Shown piece by piece: positions 36,686-45,556 of a stretch of 45,556 nt of DNA; the stretch's first letter is position 1; every line of letters starts with the position of its first letter. A program made the translations under genes and the position numbers. Location of the stretch: positions 15,764,143 through 15,809,698 of the forward strand of contig NC_068992.1 in assembly GCF_001194135.2 (NCBI RefSeq), read 5' to 3'. The notes below the pieces were generated by a model. That model searched no databases and had not been told where the DNA came from. It was given only the letters and a program-made list of their open reading frames with translations. Source of the DNA: Octopus bimaculoides (Eukaryota).

Positions 36686-38592
36686 CGAGAAGAAAGCGCA
36701 TTTTTATTTGAGAGCATGACTCTATTAAAAATTTTTTGCAATCAGTTTTGAATCTAGCTAAGTCACCAACGACGAAGTTTTCTTCTAGATATCTCATTGG
36801 GCATCCGGCGAGGTAAATATCACTCATATCTTTGTGATTTGTCGTCTTATTAAGATCAATATCTGATAATTTAGATACAGCTAAAACATCCTCTTTAAAA
36901 AGCAACAAAGGATATTTTTATATTCACTAGATACGAGTGAATGCAACAGATGCAGTCGAAAGTGTTCCGATTGAAACTCGACATTAAGAGCGTTTACTTT
37001 CTTTAATATATAATGTAAGAACTGCAACACGTGCTTCGTCCCTTTGTTAATTTCATAGATCCTTTTTGCTCCGTCCACTTTTTCTACTTTAGCCTCTGAC
37101 TGAAAATAAAGCACAAGGGCATCCCACTGTTCTATTATAACGTTAATTACATTTTCACGCTACGACCCTCTATTTTGCGAAAGCTTTGGAATCTTGTTTT
37201 CCTTTGTGCCAACAATACTTTGTATCATATTGAGGCCATTTTGACGTTTGCTACTTCGAGAAAAGTAAGAAGTTAAGTCCTTTAAAAAGGACTCGAGATA
37301 CGAAGGTAATACCTTCACTGCATGACTTGAACAAAGTGCAAATGAATGGCAAACACAGTCTATTGTAAATACAGTCGGAATATCGTTTCTCAATAAGTTT
37401 TGAAACCCGTTCTTGTTACCCATCATTGTTGAGCAATTATCGCTGGCAAATCCAAGTATGTTGCTCATAGATACACCTTCTTTTGTAAGCGTAGACTTGA
37501 CAGCATCCTAAGATCCTGAGAGGAACTATTTTTTACTGAAATTGCATCCAGAAGAGCATCCTTGACATTCAGCGATTGTTCATAAAAAACAAACAAACGA
37601 ACAACTATTGTCAAGATTTGTTTCACTGAGATGTCCGTACCTCTCATCTATCAATAATGAACACTTTTGTTTCTTGAGAATTTCCAAAATTTCATTTCGT
37701 TCATAATGTGCAATTCCGTCTTGCACAATGTATGTTAATTTTGTTTTTTCATTTGCAGACTTTTAGCTATTTCACTATCGAGAAAGGCCTTTTTACACAT
37801 TTCAGCTAAGTGATTTATATGGATGAAAGGTACGTGATGTTCAGCAACATAACCTATTAGTAGCAAGTCTGCCTTAGCTACTTTTTCATTTAATGTATCA
37901 TCTGATTTTTTTAACAATAAATGAATCTAATTTAATAGCAGATTTCACACAATCAAAGACTTTCTTGTGTTTGGCAGTGTTTTTATGAGCTAACAGCATT
38001 CTTTTGTTAGCATTTTTCAACACAACGTTGCAACAAACGCAGTAGCAGATGTCAGGATTTTTATCATCTTGCCATAACCAATCTTTAAGCTCAGCATCCT
38101 CTAACCACGACTTCTAGTAGTACTACTTCCTCTTTATTGGATACACTATTGTCTGCCATTACTTCGCAGAGGGTTACAAAAGAAAAACACTCACTCAAAA
38201 TGTTGTCAAACAAGTTTTAAATCGCGAGTAATGATCAAAACGTACACCATCAACACAGTCAAGCTGTCAACTGGCAGTGTCAGAGTTTCAGACAAGTGTA
38301 CAAACGGCCACCAACGCGTTGTAACTTGTAGTTGCGCGATATGATACAGGTATAAACAAATAATGAACGCGTACGATCGGTAATTACGTCACATACAATA
38401 GTTGTATCGATAAATTCATTACGTGAGATGATCATTGATGATATATAGAAAGTTTACGAAGTATTAGAAGTGCAACTTTGGTACATATTGCATATATCTT
38501 TAAAAGATAAGTTTGGAAATTAAAACTCATAAACCCATCATTGCTCCAAAAAACCCAGATCTGGGTGGAAAAACCCATTAGTGGCATCTCTA
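36686..38592 (-). mobile_element. hAT transposon (ZNF862/ZBED-like transposase), 5' TIR present, 3' end missing, frameshifted
   Basis: Minus-strand TIR TAGAGATGCCAC from 38592; ATG at about 38159; zinc finger WL..AELKDWLWQDDKNPDICYCVCCNVVL...HKNTAKH; hAT core GFASDNCSTMMGNKNG...CVCHSFALC (CxxH motif) and SYFSRSSKRQ; continues as LQFLHYILKKVNALNVEFQSE. Confidence 0.9.
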
Positions 38593-38929
38593 GGGACAAC
38601 TACATAACAGCTACTGTCCCAATCATCTCAATCAGTTTTTAGACCCAGTACGCAAACACAAGGATACGAGATAGCACCAAAAAACTTCATTTATTTTAGA
38701 AGTTTTGTTCTTTACCAGCGAGAGTGGTATGTCGTTTACGCTATAAGAATTTATGAACACCCACAGGCATGAAATAAATCGATATTTTTAACAGTGGAAC
38801 TCAAGGTAGATGAACCTAATGTTTATAAATCTTAAATATTGGGTTAAAAATCTCTTGGGCAAGAAAAAGATTAATGTAACCTGTGGTACGCGAACCCACA
38901 TCTGCAAACGTGACAGCCTTCTACTTTTT

Positions 38930-39090
38930 CCTATCGGAAGTGTATTAGTTTAACGCTCGGGAATAGAGAAAGTCTTTGACGTTTCGAGCTACGCTCTTCA
39001 ACTGGAAGGATCACAGAAAGAAATAAGGAGAGAAACAAGGAGAAAAAAATATAAATGTAGTGGTCAGCGATCTATCATGGCGAATATATA
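38930..39090 (-). mobile_element. Penelope-type terminal-repeat fragment containing a decayed minimal hammerhead motif
   Basis: Minus strand reads CCTTC-CAGTTGA-A-GAGC-GTA-GCTC-GAAACGTC-AAAG; GAAACGTC with palindromic ACGT is the signature of Penelope-associated minimal hammerheads. Confidence 0.55.
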
Positions 39091-39255
39091 TATATATATA
39101 TATATAAATATATATATAAATGTGTGTGTGTATTTATATGTGTATATATATGTATGTGTGTGTAAGTATGTATATCTGTATATATATATGTGTGTGTATA
39201 TGTATATATGTATATATATATGTGTATATATACGTATATATAATTGTATATAGAT

Positions 39256-39372
<117 letters not shown>

Positions 39373-40064
39373 AATCTTTACAAAAGCAAATGAACTTTTC
39401 TCAAAAACATTTATCGTATTATTTACAATTTATGCAGTCTTATCTCCTTCAACATTTCTCCTGCGTATTGTATTGATGCACTGCACCAAACATATTTCCC
39501 AGTTTGAGGACCTGTTTTGGAATAGTATACAACTCACTTAGAGAATTCTTATAAAATATCTTCTGTCAATTGTAATCAGTAACCTTTTAGGAGTGGATTC
39601 CATCCATCCATCCATCCATCCATCCATCCATCCATCCATCCATCCAAACATATATAGATTGCATACATACATACTTCTATACGTACACACAAATCTGAAA
39701 AAATATATATATGAGGAGGCATGTATGTATGAATGTTTGTATGCAAGTGGAAATGATAGAGGTAGGTATTTTTCTTTATTTATATTTTGAATTTTCCGAA
39801 GTATTAAGATGGATAAGATAGAACTTTGCTCCNNNNNNNNNNNNNNNNNNNNNNNNNNNNNNNNNNNNNNNNNNNNNNNNNNNNNNNNNNNNNNNNNNNN
39901 NNNNNNNNNNNNNNNNNNNNNNNNNNNNNNNNNNNNNNNNNNNNNNNNNNNNNNNNNNNNNNNNNNNNNNNNNNNNNNNNNNNNNNNNNNNNNNNNNNNN
40001 NNNNNNNNNNNNNNNNNNNNNNNNNNNNNNNNNNNATATATATATATATATATATATATATGTT

Positions 40065-40098
<34 letters not shown>

Positions 40099-40146
40099 GA
40101 CATATATACATATATTACAAATACATACATATGCAAATATAATGTA

Positions 40147-40189
<43 letters not shown>

Positions 40190-41011
40190 GCATTGATTAT
40201 TAATTATTATTTTCTCACTCCGTTGCAAACTATCTAATTATAAATGCTGTCCGAATTCTCAAGGGAATATCTAGCAATAATCTTTTTCCTTTTAGTTCGT
40301 GTGAGTTAAGTGTATTCGTATTCTTTTTCTTAGTTTTCGAATGTTATAGATATTTGACTGATATTATTACATGAATTATGCAACCACTAGAAAATTGCAT
40401 AGTTATTTATAATTTTGAACACTAACTGAACTCTGATCTCTTTACAGAGAGCTAAATTAATTTTTCTTGTCATATTTAATATAAACTTGTATCTTTCTTA
40501 ATACAAATAATCATTAATTATTTATATAATTAAATTATTGTCTGTTTTGTTTTAATTTCTGTTATATATATATATTTATCAAAAACAACCCTTAGCTTAT
40601 TCTGACACTTAGCTACAAATCGAATTCATTAATTTAAATTTTGAATTAATTTTATTATTTTAAGCTTACACTGCTTGCCCGATATATAACAAAGATCAGA
40701 TTATAGATATTATCCATTGATCACTGGTTTTGTTTCTCTTCACCCTCTTACTCAAACACTCATCTCTATTCCATTTTACCTTGTCTTGCATACAACATCC
40801 TCCTCTAACTCAATAACGCTCCTCCCGCTCCTACTCCAATTGATCGTCCACCTCCTGCTCACATCTTCGTATTTCTCACCAGTTTGTCATTTACATCCAT
40901 CTTCCTTTTCTTTAATTATTTATAAGATTAAGCCATTCATATGTAACCTCATCGCTAATGAAACGATATTTCGACTATACATGTAAGATATTCATTTTTT
41001 ATCGTTTATAC

Positions 41012-41820
41012 TTTTACTAGCTTCAACCTTTTTGACAGCGGCCATGCTGGAGTACCGCGTTGAAGGATTTTAGCCGAACAAATCAACCCCAGGATTTATT
41101 TTTTAAAGCCTAGTACTTATTCCATTGATCTGTTTTGCCGAACTGCCAAGTTACGGGGATGTAAATACACCAACACTGGTTTTCAAGCGGTGATGGGGTG
41201 CAAACACAGAGATAAAGACATACACACACAGGCATATACATATATACGTATACATATCCGACGTGCTTCTTGCTATTTCCGTCTACCAAATCCACTCACA
41301 GGTTTTGGTCAGCCTGAGGCCATGGTACGGGATACTTTCCCAAGGTGCCACCGAACCCGGAACCATGTGGTCGATAAGCACGCTTCTTACCACACAGCCC
41401 CGCCTGCGCCTAAGATATTTATTTTTTAAAATCTTTTACTTGTTTCAGTCAGTGGATTGCGGCCATGCTGGGCCAGCCACCACCTTAAACAGTTTAGTCG
41501 GACAAACTTATCCCAGTTCTTATTCCTTAAAAAGTTTGCTACTTATTTCCTCGATATATGTTACAGAGACACAAACAAACCGACACCGGTTGTCAGGAGG
41601 CGCTGTGGGACAAACACAAAGACATACTGATAAATGCATCATACACAAATACGTATATACATTCATACACATATACATACACATGAGAGTTTCCACACAG
41701 TTCCCCATTACGAAATTCACTCTTACGGTCCAGGGATATTAGAAGTCACGAAAGGTGCGCGAACTGGGACTGAACCCGAAATAACCTCATTGCAAAACGA
41801 GCATCTTAAGCACACAGCCA
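41012..41820 (-). mobile_element. Two tandem diverged family C SINEs (about 41012-41410 and 41433-41820)
   Basis: Each has GCGGCCATGCTGG at its left end and CACACAGCC at its right end. Confidence 0.8.
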
Positions 41821-42049
41821 TATGTAAATCTGCATATTCTGGGGATGACTTTTGTTCTTCAAACTGTATATCGTGACTTATGTATTTTTACATGTTTTTA
41901 GATATTCAAATGCTTTTCCAAATAAATATACTCTTTATTTTAAAGGCTCCGAGGAAGCTATAGTGAGATGCACAAACACTTAACTTTGAGTTCATTACTC
42001 CTAATAGCAGAAACAGATGTGAGTCAAAAAGTACATTATATATGTGTAG

Positions 42050-42069
42050 ATATCCATCCATCCATGCAC

Positions 42070-42129
<60 letters not shown>

Positions 42130-42290
42130 GTCTGTCTGTTTGTCTGTCTACCTGTCTTCTGTCTATCTGTCTGTCTGTCTAACTATCTATCTAACTATGT
42201 TTGTATGTATGTATCTATCTATAAATATATACATGTACGTATATATATATGTACACACACACACACACACACATATGTGTATACATATGT
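42050..42290. repeat. (ATCC)n/(ATCT)n/(GTCT)n/(CA)n compound microsatellite
   Basis: Direct reading. Confidence 0.93.
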
Positions 42291-43775
42291 ATATGTGCGT
42301 GTGTTTGTATGCATTTGTGCATGCCTTTATGTATACGTGTGTGTGTTAATGTGGTGTTTATTACATCAAGATATTTAGCGTTCTTTAATTAAAGAGACAA
42401 GAAGTCAAATTTAGCATTAAAAATTATAAAGAAAATATAAATATTTCAAAATTTGCTTTTGGTATTTTATAATTCTCATGCCTATAGCAGTAAAAATATA
42501 GATAAGTAATAACCTTTGTTAGAGTTTGGGTGTCTGCTTTGTGAGATTCTCTGTATGTTTGATTGATTAGCTGCGTGTACGAAATAGACATATGCTCATT
42601 TTAATTAAATATAGACTATGTATCTCTAAAACTCTTCAGTCTAGATAGAAAAAGACAGTCTGAAATCCAGAAGCTATTAGGTTAATGCTATATCATTTCG
42701 TTTGACCAAATTATATCGTACTTTCTGTACTTGGTTTGTCTGTGGTGTTTTAGATATTGGATATATTGCTTACGTTAACCTAGACGACCAATCAGAATAG
42801 TTTGTTTCTTATAAACTAAATTGAATGTTTTTTTTTACTTTTTCCTTTAACTTCGTCGTGATAGTAGTGATGATAGCACTACTGGTAGTGTCTGTGGTGG
42901 TGGTGTTGGTGGTCCAGGAACAAACTTCTGTCTGTTTTTTCTGTTCGTTTCTTTTGTACGTAAACGTTTTTTTGTGTGTGTATTTCTTTTACAAATATAT
43001 CACATTGATGCGTGTATGATTTACAGAAATTACATACACGCTTACACACATGGACACAGACAAACTCACATACATACAGGCACAAATATGTATTTATACA
43101 TGTATGCGTATATGTATATGTGCATATATATANNNNNNNNNNNNNNNNNNNNNNNNNNNNNNNNNNNNNNNNNNNNNNNNNNNNNNNNNNNNNNNNNNNN
43201 NNNNNNNNNNNNNNNNNNNNNNNNNNNNNNNNNNNNNNNNNNNNNNNNNNNNNNNNNNNNNNNNNNNNNNNNNNNNNNNNNNNNNNNNNNNNNNNNNNNN
43301 NNNNNNNNNNNNNNNNNNNNNNNNNNNNNNNNNNNNNNNNNNNNNNNNNNNNNNNNNNNNNNNNNNNNNNNNNNNNNNNNNNNNNNNNNNNNNNNNNNNN
43401 NNNNNNNNNNNNNNNNNNNNNNNNNNNNNNNNNNNNNNNNNNNNNNNNNNNNNNNNNNNNNNNNNNNNNNNNNNNNNNNNNNNNNNNNNNNNNNNNNNNN
43501 NNNNNNNNNNNNNNNNNNNNNNNNNNNNNNNNNNNNNNNNNNNNNNNNNNNNNNNNNNNNNNNNNNNNNNNNNNNNNNNNNNNNNNNNNNNNNNNNNNNN
43601 NNNNNNNNNNNNNNNNNNNNNNNNNNNNNNNNNNNNNNNNNNNNNNNNNNNNNNNNNNNNNNNNNNNNNNNNNNNNNNNNNNNNNNNNNNNNNNNNNNNN
43701 NNNNNNNNNNNNNNNNNNNNNNNNNNNNNNNNNNNNNNNNNNNNNNNNNNNNNNNNNNNNNNNNNNNNNNNNNNN

Positions 43776-43904
43776 GCCAGTCACGAGGCCAAACGTCCTT
43801 GAACATTTCATCCGAATCCACCCAGCGGTTCTTGAGATTTCTTCTCCAAGGTCAAACAAACACGACTGAAAACAATACCGGCCCCTTCGCTAAGGCGGAG
43901 GTAA
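43776..43904 (-). mobile_element. Possible Helentron-associated non-autonomous element (HINE/DINE-like) 5' end
   Basis: Minus strand TTATTACCTCCGCC...GTTTGTTTG...AACCGCTGGGTGGATTCGGATGAAA starts in a T-rich tract, the typical HINE/DINE layout. The remainder is in a gap. Confidence 0.5.
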
Positions 43905-43908
43905 TAAA

Positions 43909-43982
<74 letters not shown>

Positions 43983-43990
43983 TAATAAAT
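43905..43990. repeat. (AAT)n microsatellite
   Basis: Direct reading. Confidence 0.97.
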
Positions 43991-44302
43991 GATCTGATGC
44001 ACAACCCGGCAGTGGTTCTCATGGCTTCTGATCTTAACTGATTGGAAGTATTATCATGTATTGTACATTATTTTGACTAGGTATAAAAGATGGGCTACAG
44101 CAAATATTCTGCTCAATACCACAGATTTGCTTGTCAGTTGTTTGACCGTAATCATTTGAACATGCTCCTTCGTGGCTGACAATATGTGCATCTCTGATCA
44201 CGAGCAGAAGTAGTGGGGGAGCATCATAGCCATTCTTTGGAGTTTGATTAATTCACCTCTGGAGATGTGGATGTTTGGTTTATCATCTTAAAAGAAATCT
44301 TA

Positions 44303-44367
44303 TTCAGGTCGAGTAGTGTATCCCGCTCAAAAGGACCTTTTGAGCGGGATATGCAACTCGACCTGAA
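44303..44367. other. Near-perfect inverted repeat (32-bp arms, 1-nt centre)
   Basis: TTCAGGTCGAGTAGTGTATCCCGCTCAAAAGG-A-CCTTTTGAGCGGGATATGCAACTCGACCTGAA; 29 of 32 positions are Watson-Crick pairs. Confidence 0.97.
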
Positions 44368-44577
44368 AAAATTCTAACTGGGTTCCACCTGCAAGGTCAT
44401 GCGCTGTTTAACTTGGTATGAGATCACCACGTTGTGCCCATATGGTTAGGATGCACGTGCCTGGTGTACCCTTATCAGACGGGTAGTCATGATGGGTATA
44501 TTGGGCTTCGTATATTTGTACCCCAGTATCACTTTGATGGCATGGACTGATCTCTCACTCAATAATAATAATAATCG

Positions 44578-44860
44578 TTTTTTATTAGCAGGAAGGTACA
44601 AAAGACATTCGTACGATACCAAAAGACAGGGGATTTTGTACGTGTACAGCAAATAAAATGTAACATGAGATTTTTATCAATGAAAAAATTAGTGAGAAGA
44701 GTGCCAAGAGCTATCCGTGGATCCCTCGATAAAGCACGGTCAACCTGACCACTTAGGTAACTGCCCTTGTATTCAGTACTGGCAAAAATCACATACTCAG
44801 AGCAGGTCCGTTCATGCAAACCATGCTCGACGCTTGCCATTCCATTTTAACTAATTTCCT
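44578..44860 (-). mobile_element. Possible Tx1/L1-like non-LTR retrotransposon 3' end
   Basis: Minus strand: short terminal coding stretch ...SMVCMNGPALSM*, a pyrimidine-rich UTR, and an end at CTAATAAAAA beside (TTA)n. Family recognition is from memory and not verified. Confidence 0.4.
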
Positions 44861-44871
44861 AGAATGTAATA

Positions 44872-45077
44872 CAGTAATCCCTCGACTATCGCGGGTCTTG
44901 CGTTCCAAAACCCCTCACGATAGGTGAAAATCCGCGAAGTAGAAACAGTACTGTACTGTATATATTTTTTGTATATATTTATTTTATCATAAATGCAAAA
45001 CAACACCACAGAGGAATCGACGTAAGCTTAAATAACAAACCGCGATAGATAAATCTTGATATGGTGAGAGATTACTG
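44872..45077. mobile_element. pogo/Tigger-type MITE, 206 bp
   Basis: TIRs CAGTAATCCCTC and GAGAGATTACTG, with TA at 44870-44871 and 45078-45079. Confidence 0.88.
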
Positions 45078-45319
45078 TACCTCTCCACCCTCAGTTTTCT
45101 CTTCAAGGGGAATTTGTAAAAGTTGATGAGGGCTTGGCCAAAAAAGGTAAGCTTTCCACATGCGGTAGCGCTACTAGGGCAGAGATTTCTGAAATTATCT
45201 ATGGAATGCGGCCGTTTGTTATGTTATCGTCTGTTTTTCCGCATGTGTTCTTTCTGTCGCACCTTTGATTTATCCATGCGACGTACCGTACAACCTGTTG
45301 TTTACTTTGTTAATATATA

Positions 45320-45440
45320 TCTGTATATATATATATATATACATACATACATACATGCATACATCTATATATGTATGAATGTATATGTGTGTATGTATGT
45401 AGTAGTAGTAGTAGTAATAATAATAATAATAATAATAATG

Positions 45441-45471
<31 letters not shown>

Positions 45472-45556
45472 TAATAATAATGAAGATGATGATGTGACGA
45501 TGAAAAGTAACTACAATACTACTACTAATGATTATATATATATATATATATATATA
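45320..45556. repeat. (AT)/(ACAT)/(GTA)/(AAT) compound microsatellites
   Basis: Direct reading. Confidence 0.93.

Noticed and set aside
42786-42795. Isolated CCAAT box GACCAATCAG
   Set aside because: A single motif with no supporting promoter context.

Overview
AT-rich, repeat-dominated animal genomic DNA from a gapped draft assembly (11 N-gaps, about 3.5 kb in total). The SINE families and microsatellite load point to Octopus or another coleoid cephalopod; this is my inference. I could not recognise any host protein-coding exon, rRNA, true tRNA or CRISPR array, and most ORFs in the track are microsatellite or gap artefacts, so the window looks intronic or intergenic. What is supportable: four tRNA-derived SINE families (labelled A, B, C, O here, many copies); a decayed Penelope-like reverse transcriptase; an internally deleted mariner with TIRs and TA TSD; a 3'-truncated hAT transposase; hAT and pogo/Tigger MITEs with TSDs; an R4/Dong-type RLE endonuclease fragment; weaker LINE remnants; and many microsatellites. 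The most interesting non-routine signals are seven TAAT homeodomain cores at exact 20-bp spacing (14453-14578) near a perfect CRE, an AP-1/ARE array in exact 10-bp phase (7791-7860), a near-perfect hairpin with 32-bp arms (44303-44367), Penelope-type minimal hammerhead-like motifs (38978-39015, 6012-6050), a multimeric SINE with a fixed junction, and closely spaced inverted SINE pairs that could be ADAR substrates. None of these is established as a new system from sequence alone.
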